Of a DNA stretch of 64,000 nt, positions 25,622 through 40,738 are shown one piece after another (within the stretch, counting starts at the first letter, position 1; every line of letters starts with the position of its first letter). This DNA is from Guillardia theta CCMP2712 (lineage: Eukaryota > Protista > Cryptophyta): positions 86,531-150,530 of the forward strand of contig NW_005434634.1 of NCBI RefSeq assembly GCF_000315625.1. Direction: 5' to 3'. A program made the position numbers and the translations under genes. The notes below the pieces were generated by a model. It had not been told where the DNA came from, did not search any database, and saw nothing but the letters and a program-made list of their open reading frames with translations.

Positions 25622-26370
25622 TGATGTATGGCTGCAGATGGGGAGTGCTGGGCATCCGGATTGTGATCCAGTCGCTCAAACCCCCTCATGAGCTCGAGCA
25701 GCGAATCGAGTCGTTCCTGCAGAGCTTTCATTCCTACCTGCAGGAGATGGTGCAGGAGCTGGGGGGGGGGGAGGAGGAGGGACCTGACTCGCTGCAGGAG
25801 GAAGAAACGTTCAGAGAGCATGTGGACTCGTTGAGGACCAAGAAGCTGGAGCCGGACATCACGCTCGAGCAGCGATCTTCGAGATTGTTCCATGAGATCT
25901 GCATGCGGGAGGAATGCTGGGACAGGAGGAGACAGGAGGCAGCGCATCTCAAGGACGTTACCAAGAAGGTCATGGGCGAGCAAGGAGGAGGGAGAAGTTC
26001 TGAAGTAGGAGGCAGGAAATCGTGGAGCTCTTCAGGGATCACTTGGCGCCAGGAGGAAAGAACCGGAGGATGTTAAGGTGAGTGCTAACGATGATACTTA
26101 TATCGCTCCTCATCTCGTCTTCGCTTCCTCACTTCTTCTTGCTCTGCTCTTCTGATTTTCGATTCTCCTCTTTTCCTAATGTTCTCTTGTTCTCTCACAC
26201 TCATTTTCTTCAACTTTCCTCCTTTCCCCTTTCCTCCTCTTCTCTCCTCCTCTCTCCTCCTCTCTCCTCCTCTCCTTTTCTCATCTCGTCAACAGCTCTC
26301 AAGTCGTGGGGCAAGACGCTATCTCAAAACAAGCGCATCCAGGCATCGCAAGCAAGGAGCATGTTACCAG
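19783..26370 (+). CDS. M16A metallopeptidase (insulin-degrading enzyme/nardilysin-like) with N-terminal signal peptide; last exon uncertain because of an N-gap
   Basis: Inverted zinc motif GLAHFLEHMLFLG, SNAWT, REMNAVDSEH, FHERFYSANAMRLA, LISHLIGHEGPG, LRTKEQLGYIV, RIVIQS. Confidence 0.92.
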
Positions 26371-27140
26371 GTACAAGTAGATACTCTTGCTGTCTTTCTT
26401 TTGCTGTCTTTCTCTTCCTGTCTTTCTTTTGCTGTCTTTCTCTTCCTGTCTTTCTTNNNNNNNNNNNNNNNNNNNNNNNNNNNNNNNNNNNNNNNNNNNN
26501 NNNNNNNNNNNNNNNNNNNNNNNNNNNNNNNNNNNNNNNNNNNNNNNNNNNNNNNNNNNNNNNNNNNNNNNNNNNNNNNNNNNNNNNNNNNNNNNNNNNN
26601 NNNNNNNNNNNNNNNNNNNNNNNNNNNNNNNNNNNNNNNNNNNNNNNNNNNNNNNNNNNNNNNNNNNNNNNNNNNNNNNNNNNNNNNNNNNNNNNNNNNN
26701 NNNNNNNNNNNNNNNNNNNNNNNNNNNNNNNNNNNNNNNNNNNNNNNNNNNNNNNNNNNNNNNNNNNNNNNNNNNNNNNNNNNNNNNNNNNNNNNNNNNN
26801 NNNNNNNNNNNNNNNNNNNNNNNNNGAGCAGAGGAGGGGATGAAGAGGAAGGGAGAGAGAGGAGAGGAGCCGAGAGGGGAGAGAGGAAGAGAGGGAGAGG
26901 AGAGGAGGCTAGGGGGGAAGGGAGGCGAGGGGGGAAGGGAGGCGGAGGAGAGAGGAAGGGAGAGAGAGGAAGGGAGAGAGAGGAGAGGAGGCGAGGGCGG
27001 GAGGGAGGAGAGAGAGAGAGAGAGAGAGAGAGAGGAAGGAATAGCATAAGACCCAGAGAAGGAGAGTATAGAAGAGCCGGAGCAGCACGAGGAGGACGAG
27101 GAGAAGAACGAGGAGGAAGTTGACTGATCCTTGTCACCAG

Positions 27141-28795
27141 GTCTGCTTCCGACACAGGACGAGATTACGTCTCTTCTCTCCTTCACTTTCCTCGTGCTCA
27201 TCGTAGCGACCTGTTCTGCGAGCACTTTCGGGCAGCCGTTGAGAGGAGGAGGCAGCACAAGCATGGCGGCTCCTATCGTCGTGTCCCCTACCAGCAGGCA
27301 TACCGCCACTGTGATCTGGCTTCATGGCCTGGGCGACAACGGGTCGGGATGGTCGGACGTGGCGCGTCAGCTGAACCTTCCCTGGATCAAGTTTCTCCTC
27401 CCTAACGCCCCGTCCCGTCCCGTCACCATCAACATGGGCGCCTCCATGCCGGCATGGGCGGACATCAAGGGACTGAGCCCTGACGCGCCGGAGGACGAGG
27501 AGGGGACGATGAAGACTCGGCAGTACATCCACGACCTAATCGCTGAGGAGGTCAAGAACGGCATCCCCGCCGATCGCATCATGGTCGGCGGGTTCAGCCA
27601 GGGAGCCGCCATGGCGTGTTTTGCCGCCCTCACGCACGAGGTTCGGCTCGGGGGCTGCTTCGTACTCAGCGGATACTTGGCGTGAGTGGAGGACGGTGAG
27701 AACTTCGGAGGCTGATGAGGAGACAGGATGAGGAACAAGGTCCCTAGGCTCGTCACCAAAGAAGGAGTTTCAACTCCTTTCTTTCAGGTCCGCTCCTCCG
27801 CGAGCTCCTCCCTCCCTCCCTCCCTCCCTCCCTCCCTCCCTCCCTCCATCCCTCCCTCCCTCCCTCCCTCCCTTCTCTGCTCTTTTGCCATCTCCTCCCT
27901 CCTTCACACGCTTTCCTCTTCGCGCTTTCATCTGTAGCTTGTCTGCTGTCCTGATCAGACACATCAGGCTCACGGTGTTCAAGATCCGGTGGTTCCGTTC
28001 ATGTTTGGCCAGCTCTCATCGAATGTCCTTCAGACATGTTGCCTTCATTTCAACTCTCCTGATCTGATAGCAGGTGATACAATCTCTTGGTGTCAACATG
28101 AAGTTCAAGCAGTACAACATGGACCATTCGTCATGTGATCAAGTGAGGAGATTGGAGAGGACGAACCCCTTGCTGTTGCTTCCATCGTTTCCTCAAATCT
28201 TCTCTCTCCTCTCCTTCTCGTTCTCCTCCGCTCCACTACTCTTCCCTTCTCCTTCATCCCCTTGTGCTCCTTCCTTACCTCTTCTCCTTCTCCCCTCCCT
28301 TCCTCCTCTCTTCTCCCCTCCCCTCCCTTCCTCCTCTCTTCTCCCCTCCCCTCCCCTTCCTTACCTCTTCTCCTTCTCCCCTCCCTTCCTCCTCTCTTGC
28401 TCTTCTCCCCTCCCTCCTCCATCTCACACTCTACATGTCATCAGGAACTCAAAGACCTCAGAGACTTCATCGCCGCCTCTGTTCCGAACCAGTCTCTTCC
28501 TCCCATCCCTGACGATCTCCATGTGAGTTTGCCACATGCCTCATTGCGTTGTTGTGTGTCTTGTGATTTTTCGTCATGTAGTCGTTGTCCGCAAAAGAGT
28601 TGAAACAAATCCTCAAAGATCACAACATTGACAGCAGTGATTGTTTTGAAAAAGATGATCTCATACGAAAGGTGCAATCTTGCAGGAAATGATGGACCCT
28701 TCTCTCCGTGCAAAGATGTGAGAGAGATTGTTTTCCTTCGCTTGTCTCCCAAGTTTTCGACCTCATTGGGTTCGGATGAAATAAATATAACCTAG
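27141..28795 (+). CDS. Acyl-protein thioesterase / lysophospholipase (phospholipase-carboxylesterase family) with C-terminal SAP-like motif
   Basis: VIWLHGLGDNG, PNAPSRPVTINMGASMPAW, GGFSQG (Ser), HGVQDPVVP (Asp), MDHSSC (His). In-frame Met at ~27263, preceded by a hydrophobic leader in the same frame. Confidence 0.9.
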
Positions 28796-28830
28796 ACACG
28801 AAAACAACAACCTGTTTGTTCTTTACATCA

Positions 28831-32391
<3,561 letters not shown>

Positions 32392-32855
32392 TTTCGCTCT
32401 AGCTCTGATCCAACGAATCTCCTCTCTCCTCTATTTTACTCGTGCCACCAACCTGGTTTTCTCTGCTGCAAGTTCGACCGAGATGTCACATTCGAACGTC
32501 TTTCAACGTGTGGCATGCGGTAGAGACTCACACTCCTTCTCTTAGAGCGATGATGCTGCATGCTTCTTCAAGTGTCGCCATGAGATCCTCTCCTCATCCC
32601 CGCGTGCACTCACGTGAAGAACCGCTCCCTGCCTTCGCCATGCCTGAATGTGCGGGCCAACCCTTCCGTCGGGGACCAGAACCGACCACGGGTACTTCTG
32701 ATAGCGAAAAGAAGGGTCCATAGAATTTTGGTAGAAAGGTGGGGATTTTTGGTGGTAACGGTAATAACGATTGAAATAACGGTAATAACGATCCAGTAAC
32801 GTCGCTGGATGATTTTTGTAACCACCACGTCGCCTCCGAAGAGACAGCGACAGGA

Positions 32856-33895
32856 ATGCAGCGGCAGGTGGCGATAGCGGTCGCGGCCACCGCCATGGCT
32901 GCGCTCTTGGCTCTTGTAGCTGTCAATGAGAGAGGAAGGAGAAGTCCATCCGCCCTTCTTGCGGCAAGGAAGTCCGGCCTCTATGGATACTATCCTTCCG
33001 GATATGATTATCAGTACCCTCCCTACGGTCAACTATCCCACCGTGAAAGGCTGATAGATTGACATGATGGTTTGTACAGGCGGATATCCTGGAGGATATC
33101 CTTACGGGTACCCGTACAGCCCGTACAATCCCTACTACTCCTCCTACTATGCAGATGGTGCAGTTCAAACGCCGTCGGGTGATATGTTTGACCGTGGTTC
33201 CAGGGGACCCCTATGGTTACTACAACGGCTATCAGTATGGTCGGTTGCTATTGGCTCCTATTTGCTTCTCTGACTGTTTGCAATGCAGAGTATCCCTACG
33301 GCTATGATCAGTATGCGTATGACAACGCATATCAGCAGTACATGGCTAACGAGCAGCAGAGGTACTGATGAGGCAGTTCACAGCGCTTCCTTGATGTGAT
33401 CTTCAGGCAATGGCAAGAATATGCAGCCCGCCAATATTACGATGATTATGCTCGATATTATGCGGACTATCCCTACAGCGACTACGATGACTACTACGAT
33501 CGCATGAGGGAATGGTACGAGCAAGTTGCCGCCAACGCGTCCTCAACCAAGAAGCTGTACGGGAGGGATATTCTCAAAGTTGCAAAGAACACTCCCAAGG
33601 TGAGAACGCCGAGATCTTGCTGCTCCGATCCATGTGTTGGTGTGCTGTGAGGCGTCTGACTGACTGTCGTTGCCAGCTGGTGTACCTCGGAGACCTGGAG
33701 TTTGGGGGATACCGCAAGGATATCACGGGGGGCAACGACGGAGGATTTAACGCACCTTTCGACTTGAACGGTTTGGAACTGATTGCTTCCCTTCTCGATT
33801 GTGACTTGAGACTGGTCAAGGTGACGGCCAGGAGGTCGACAACTGGGCAAAGGTCACTACCCAGTGGAAGCACAAGAAGGGTCAGCAGCGCCTGA
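32856..33895 (+). CDS. Hypothetical Tyr/Pro/Gly-rich protein with N-terminal signal anchor
   Basis: MQRQVAIAVAATAMAALLALVAV, then exons GYYPSGYDYQYPPY, GGYPGGYPYGYPYSPYNPYY, QWQEYAARQYYDDYARYYADYPY, LVYLGDLEFGGYRKD, with short GT-AG introns. Confidence 0.7.
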
Positions 33896-33989
33896 AGCAG
33901 GCTCGCATTCAAGCGCTGACCTCTCCCACCGCTCCTGCTGAACCCGGTAATAAGAAAGTTCACAAGTAGACTCGTAACAGAAGCTGAAA

Positions 33990-34547
33990 TCATTCGAAAG
34001 CATGATTGGTCTGTAGTAGTGTGTTGAGGTTGGTAATACATTAGACATACGCCCACTTGAATGCCCACAACACATACAAGAACATCTCTGTTTGTTGCTG
34101 TTACAAGATTGATGTGGGAACAGGGCCCTTCGCTTCCTGGTCTGCAGACTACAATCCTCTCGGAGAAACCTCTGACAAGATCCCCTCCAACGCAACTGGG
34201 GCAGAAGATACATCGCCTGAAGAACTGGTTTGGAAACATGGATTCGGGTGAGTTAGGATACTCATAGCCTTGAAAGCTCCCAAGCATGTACTGATACCCG
34301 AATGCACCAGGTGGTTGAGTAACCCACCCATTGTGAAGTAGATCATACGAATAGTAACCCACCCATTGTGAAGTAGATCATACGAATACACGAATAAACA
34401 AGATTTCCTTGTCAACATCGGTGTTGCGTGCGTTGACGGCAACGATGACGAGCTTACGAGATGAAGGCGAACAAGACGAACAAGATCAGAAGTTCAACGG
34501 ATTGTCATGTTGTCTTCATGACATCTACCTGACCGTTCATTCAACAT
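33990..34547 (-). CDS. Small hypothetical protein with hydrophobic N-terminus; contains a 35-bp tandem duplication
   Basis: Exon-like pieces SVELLILFVLFAFI, YMLGSFQGYEYPNSPESMFPNQFF, CVGGDLVRGFSERIVVCRPGSEGPCSHINL. Confidence 0.35.
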
Positions 34548-34686
34548 CTAAAACATCAGACTCGAAAGATTGGCTGTATATAAAGAGGGCCCTTGAACTC
34601 CACCCCTCATTTGACCTATTACCACCCCATCATATCCCATACCCCATCGGGTCTTGTATGCCATGGCAAAGGGAACCGGCATGGAA

Positions 34687-37327
34687 ATGACAAGTGTGGA
34701 GGGGAGTGGGGCAGTGGGAGGAGGAGCAGGAGCAGCAGGAGCAGCAGGAGCAGCAGGAGCAGCAGGAGCAGCAGGAGCAGCAGGAGCAGCAGGAGCGGGA
34801 GCAGGAGCAGGAGCAGGAGCAGGAGCGAGTGAAGAGGTGGGCTATGGGATGGGAGAGCTGTTGGTGGAGGTCGTCGTTCTCCTCCTCAAGGGGTTTCTAG
34901 TCTCGGTGGATCTTCTCCTGCTGGCAGTGCAGCCAGTGATGCAGAAGCTGGGAGACCTGCGAAGATCATGGGGAGTAAGAAACATTCTGCACCTGAAGAA
35001 GGAGGAGAAGAAGAAGAAGAAGGTTGTGGTGATCGGAGCTTCGTTCGCAGGGCTGGAGGTACGCATGGAACCTGTTGGTACCTTCCTCACTGTTCCGCAG
35101 GCGTCTCGACACCTTTCAAAGCATGCGGAGGTGACGATAATCGAAGAGCGATCGTTCTTCGAGTACACACCTGGAGTCCTGAGATGCTTCGTTGACCCGC
35201 AACACTTCTACTCCCTCGCTTGCTCCCTACACCTCCCCCCTTGCCAAATCGTCACAGGTCATGTGACTGACGTACAAGCGAAGCAGGTCAGTTCATCATT
35301 TGCATAAGCTCGGCGATCTCAGACAAGTTTGCAGGTCGTAGTTGAGTTTGATCATGGCGGCGAGAAACAAGTCAGAGAGATTCCCTTCGATTATTGTCTG
35401 CTAGCCATGGGCTCCTCGTACAACGGAGCGATTAGGCCTAGGAGGGAGGAAAAGACCATGTCCTGCCGAGCGATGACGTGGATGGTAAGATCAGAGGGAG
35501 GTGGGAGGGAGGATCCAGTTACGTTGCGATCGATGCTGTCGCAGCATGAGAACAGCAAGCTTCAACAAGCTCCTTCTGCTCTCGTCGTTGGCGCTGGTCT
35601 GGTTGGCGTCGAGCTCGCGGCGGAGATCATTGCTGTGTATCCGAGCAAGAGAGTGACGCTGGTGTATGGCACGCAAGTATGACGCACTGAGAGGAAGGGG
35701 GAGGAGGAGGTAGCGGTCAGGTAGGAAGGGATGTGTGAAAGAGAACAAGGACAAGGACAAGGACAAGGACGTTAGAAAGGATCAGGAGCAGGAGCAGGAG
35801 CAAGAGGGCCGACTCGGCGGCGGGGGGGGGGAGGGGAGGAGGAGAATCATGAAAACAGGATGATGCGATGTCTTGGATATTCAGGACGTATGCAAAGAGC
35901 TCCCGCCACCAGCACGGGCGTACATCAGGACCTGGTTGAAAGAAAGAGGTGACTGACTAGAGGAATCGATTCCATCGCTAACATGAGAATGCACAAGGTG
36001 TTATCATCAAGTCGGATAGAAGGGTGTCAGATTTCAGAGGAGATGTACAACCCTCCCTCCCTCCCTCCCTCCCTCCCTCGCTCGAGCTCTTGATAAATCC
36101 AGTACGTTCTGTTAGTTAGGGTACTTGCTCTTCCTTCAGATTTTATTTTCCTAACATTATTGATGTTTTGCGCAACNNNNNNNNNNNNNNNNNNNNNNNN
36201 NNNNNNNNNNNNNNNNNNNNNNNNNNNNNNNNNNNNNNNNNNNNNNNNNNNNNNNNNNNNNNNNNNNNNNNNNNNNAAAGGAATCCAGGAAGAAAAAAGC
36301 AGCTCAGACAGAAAGCTCTGGATACCCCCAGAGTACATTTCTCCGTACACAAATCCCTCCTTACCTACCTCCCTCCCTCCCTCCCTCCCTCCCTCCCTCC
36401 CTCCCTCCCACTCGCGCTTTGATATTTAATTCCTTGCCGTCAGGAATGCGTCTTAGACGACGGGCAAACATTGCAAGCTCCTCTTATCTACAGGTACTCA
36501 GTCTCTCCTACCAATCGACATCTCTCGTCGCTCATTCCTCCCTCCTCCCGCTTCCTTGCTGTAGGTGTCTCGGATCCTACCCTCGCAGTGATCCCCTGCA
36601 GGAGGAGTTTGAAGGTGAAGAAACAGCTTCTGCCGTGCTCGACGTGCTGATAGAAAAGTCAGACAAACTTGACAGCAGGGGAGCGATCAGGGTGAATAGC
36701 TTCCTTCAGGCATGTGATCCCTCCACTCACTCGCTCACTCACTTGTTTCCTTCCTGGCTGTCCCTTCTTCCTCTTGCTCTTCTCCCAGTTCATTGACCCG
36801 CAGGCATGTAGGTGATCGGATGTAGCAACGTATATGCAGCTGGAGATGTCACAGTACACGCTCAACACACTGAGGTAAGAGGAGAGGAGGAGAGGACGTG
36901 AAGATGGTATGCAAGAGTATGGGAAAGCAGGGGAAGGGGTAGAGGAGGAGAGGAGAGGAGAGGAGGAGAGGATGTAGGAGGAGGGTTCTGGAGAGGAAAT
37001 TCACGATAAAATTCGCCTCAGGAGAAGACGGGGTACACTGCAGAACAGAACGCCAAGTTAGCAGCTTCCAACATTGTCCGAGATGTGAGAAACGATGATC
37101 GAGGTTCTGGATGTGACAAGAGTCAAACTTTGACGTTTTTGTCGCTCGTCCTGGCAGATCGAAGGCAAAGAGCTCCTGTCTTACCCTGACGGTCTGTTCG
37201 GGGAGGGACAGGCGACTCCCACCATTTTCTGCGTCTCTTTGTCGAAGTATGACGGGGTGAGAAATTGACAGGAGCAGGAGGAGCAGGAGCAGAAGTAGGA
37301 GCACGAACCAGGAGCAGGAGCACGAAC

Positions 37328-37366
<39 letters not shown>

Positions 37367-37400
37367 CAAGAGTAGAAGAAGGAGCAGCAGCAAGAGCAGG

Positions 37401-37431
<31 letters not shown>

Positions 37432-37720
37432 CGAAGCAACTCGTATGATGAAGCACGGCAGGTGGTGATATTCAACTCTCTCATTCTAACAGGAAAGATT
37501 GCTGCCGTGTTCAAGTGGCTCATCGAGGTGAAAACCAAACTGTAATTGCGCATCAAAAACTCTGACCAGCGCCATTCGACCCCATGTGCAGTGGACCAAG
37601 GTGGCGTCAATGAGAGGAAGACCAGTGGGAAAGCTGTTCTGGCAAGTTGCCGACGTCGCTTCCATATTTTTATCAAACTACATCTTCAGGCCCAAAAAAG
37701 ATTCGAAATCTTTAGCCTGA
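34687..37720 (+). CDS. FAD/NAD(P)-dependent oxidoreductase, AIFM2/FSP1 (AMID)-like
   Basis: KKVVVIGASFAGL, FEYTPGVLR, IPFDYCLLAMGS, ALVVGAGLVGVELAAEI, GAIRVNSFLQ, NVYAAGD, EKTGYTAEQNA, CVSLSKYDG. Stop at 37718-37720. Confidence 0.88.
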
Positions 37721-37962
37721 GCACTAATAAACATCGCAATTCTGCCCCCATGGAACAAACATGCGTGTCTCAACGACATAACTGTCCCCTTCCCTCCTGC
37801 TCTGCCATCAACACCACCATCTACTCCTCATTATCGTCCTCATCCTTCTCTTCCTCCTCCTCCTCCTCCTCCTCCTCCTCCAACTTCCTGTTTCTGTCGG
37901 TGCATCTGTCTGTGCGTTTCTCATCTAAGGCGCAAACATCAATTTCAGTCACGATCTCCGTC

Positions 37963-38949
37963 TCAGCTCTTGAGATTCTTCAGACGAGCCTGCGACAGAC
38001 GTCAACGAGGAGGGGAGAGGGCAGTCACAGCATGCCTCCAGGTCTGCATCCAGATCCTCCTGCGCGTTCGCTGCTGCTGCTGCTGCTCGTAAGGGTCAGA
38101 GCTACATCCTCAGACTCAATCGACTCACTTGGAGCCGCATGATGCATCTGATCGCCAAGATCGATTCCGATCTCCGACAGGACCTGCCACAACAGTAAGA
38201 CGAGCACGCGCGGAGAGACGGGAGGTTATCGACCTGTCCTATCACTTCGTCCACCTGCGCCTCTTCATCGTCGGCTTCGAACGCATCATCGATCGCGTCA
38301 TCCATCATCTCCTGAGCTCCACATGTCAGCACGCGATGCTTGAGAGCTGCGAGGTCAGTCGCACCTGCTTGCTGTCCATGATCTCACTTTGCTTCTCAAA
38401 CTCGAAGAGAATCCTCTGCATGGCGATCGGGTTGACCTTGGCATTCATGCCCTTCATGGCTTTCGCCGCTCCTTTCATGGCTTCTGTCATGGCCTGAGCA
38501 GCTCTGTCTCAGAACCAGCAAGCAACTGAGAGCAACCGACAGACCTGCGTCGATTTGATGGTTTGAAGTCGAAGGCCAACAGCCTGCATCTGACATTTCA
38601 TTTGATAGAACTTCGTGATTTGAGCTCTTGTTCGGACTAGATCCTTCGCCATGACACGCACAGGGCCCTGAAACAAGACGATGGCAGTGATTATCGTGTC
38701 AATTGATGGATACAATCCTTTTACCATCTGCCCCTCTTTCGCCGCCTTGCGTATGTCGTTGATGATCTTCTTTTCCTGAGTTTGTAGTTTGGTCTTTTCT
38801 CGTTCGATCTCTCGCACAGACTTGTCCACATTCCTCTTGTATTCTCGCATCAATTCTAGAGTGCTCGTCAGTGATCATGTGGTCAGACTTACATGAGATC
38901 TTCGCATACCTTGAGGAGTTTTCTTCTTTCCTCCAAACAAAAACGACAT
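37963..38949 (-). CDS. CHMP2: ESCRT-III subunit CHMP2/VPS2
   Basis: MSFLFGGKKTP-ELMREYKRNVDKSVREIERE, VRVMAKDLVRTR, QMQAVGLRLQTIKS, EMMDDAIDDAFE, VLSEIGIDL. Ends ARLKNLKS* (MIM1-like). Confidence 0.95.
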
Positions 38950-39299
38950 CTGTCGGAAAGGTTCACTCTCGGAACAAATAGGGTCTTATCTTGGAATTCT
39001 CTGCACCCCATGATAATTTCATCTCCATCTGATTTTCATCAACACTATTCGCTTCCTCCTTTATCTTCTTTCCTGAGTTCTCTATTGCTTCCGGTGTTGT
39101 TCTTGCAATGTTCTTGCATTCTCACTGGAATCTCTCTTCCTCCTCCTCCTCCTCCTCCTCCTCCATGTGTTCTTACCCAACTTCATCTATCCTCCTCACC
39201 CTTCTTCGTGACATTCTCCTCCTCCTCTCTTCTCCTCCTCCTCTCTTCTCCTCCCCTCCCGTTTCCCTCTCAATTTCAACGCTTCGCTACGGCTGCATT

Positions 39300-40720
39300 C
39301 CCGGGGGTCAATCAGGGCCTTTAAGCTGGGGTAGAGGACTTACAGTAGGGTGGGTGGGGGTGCAAACAGGATAAAGGTAGGGTATTCCGAGGTTTTGGTT
39401 CGATGTCGGGGGGGTAGGGGTGGTTTGAGGTGGTTTGAGGAAACACTCAGTACCCCCTTTTTGAATCGATGTTGTACCGGTGGTACCTATTGAGAGACTT
39501 GCTGTAGGAGGTCACCCGTGATCGCTTGAAAAAAATATCTGTAAAAGTCTGCTTCCAGTGCACTTACTGCAGCACCGAGACCGTCGGTCGGCTCGGACGG
39601 TCCGACCCGGTCGACGGGGCGGCCAGTGCCCCGGCGCGGCGCGGCCCACTGAGCCGCCGGGGAACCGGTCCCGGCGATCACCCCCGGCCCGGGTTGCACA
39701 TGATCAGTCTTCCAAGTCAGACTATCCAACACAGCACTGCGGCAACATGATACCAGAAGCTGATTGTATAGATTGTGTCGAAGCGAGCCTACGGAAAGAT
39801 CGAAGCCGGTGGCCCGGCAGGGTTGTAGGGCCTCCACTGAGAACGAAGGTGACATTCAGCGTCATCATTTGCGGAGAGGTCACTGTACCTTTCCATGTAC
39901 ACAGATTCGAGGGATTCCTGGCTGATAGCTTCGATCACAGCACAGAAGCGATTGAAACACAGCCAATACTCTCTGCACCTGCCGCCATGGCAGTAGCCTT
40001 GATATTCAACAGCTTTGAAACCGAATGAAAACCTACCAAGTGACAGTCCTAGTACACGCCCTCGACGGCATTGCCGCCCCGGCGGCCTCCACCACTGTGA
40101 CCGTACCACTGAGGGTGATACAATCTCTGGACTAACAGAAGAGCCTCCACTGCTGCTCGCAGTTGCCGTGCCGCCAGTGCAGGCTGAGGTCCCCACTATC
40201 CGTAGAGGGCGACCACGGATGTTGGTGCGACGTGTAGCGGAGCGAGTACCATAGGTGTGCGACCGCCGAAAAGCTGTACGAAGCTCTTCAGCACTTGGCT
40301 CATCGGACAGCGGAGGAGTAGGTGGCGCCTCTGGCTCCGAGGGTCTGGCAGATGGGGGGTCCAAGGTAGCACCAGAACCTGTAGGAGATGAAGCTAAATT
40401 CGTACCAGTGTTGCCAACGGAAAGATGATCGTTCGATGAAGAGGGCCCTTCTGATACCACAGGGTCTCGTTGGAAAGCCTCCCAGAATGACTGCAAAGCA
40501 AGCTGAATCGTGCTGCTGAACCTTCCCCCCCCTGCTCCCCCTGCTCCAGTGGCAGGTGCCTCCTCCATTTTAAAATATCCAACACGCCATTTTGCCCATC
40601 AACCCACCCCTAGCTCATGATAATTTTTTTCAGGATAGCAGTACCGATACTCTTGTAAATACCACCCCTTTCCTTTAGCCGGATCCCGCTAAAACCTTTC
40701 CATACCCTACCCTAACCGCT
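39300..40720. mobile_element. Putative decayed insertion: G-rich left flank, GC-rich palindromic patch, intronless low-complexity ORF (39789-40568, -), C-rich right flank
   Basis: Composition differs from the flanking genes. ggggtag and taccc motif arrays face each other at the ends. No transposase motif is visible. Confidence 0.3.
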
Positions 40721-40738
40721 GCTCTCAAGGATTGCAAC

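Noticed and set aside
26082-27309. Long ORFs of 220-336 aa
   Set aside because: They stay open only because of N runs and simple repeats.
40700-40716. Telomeric repeat (ccctaccctaacc)
   Set aside because: It is only about two degenerate units and forms part of the TACCC island.
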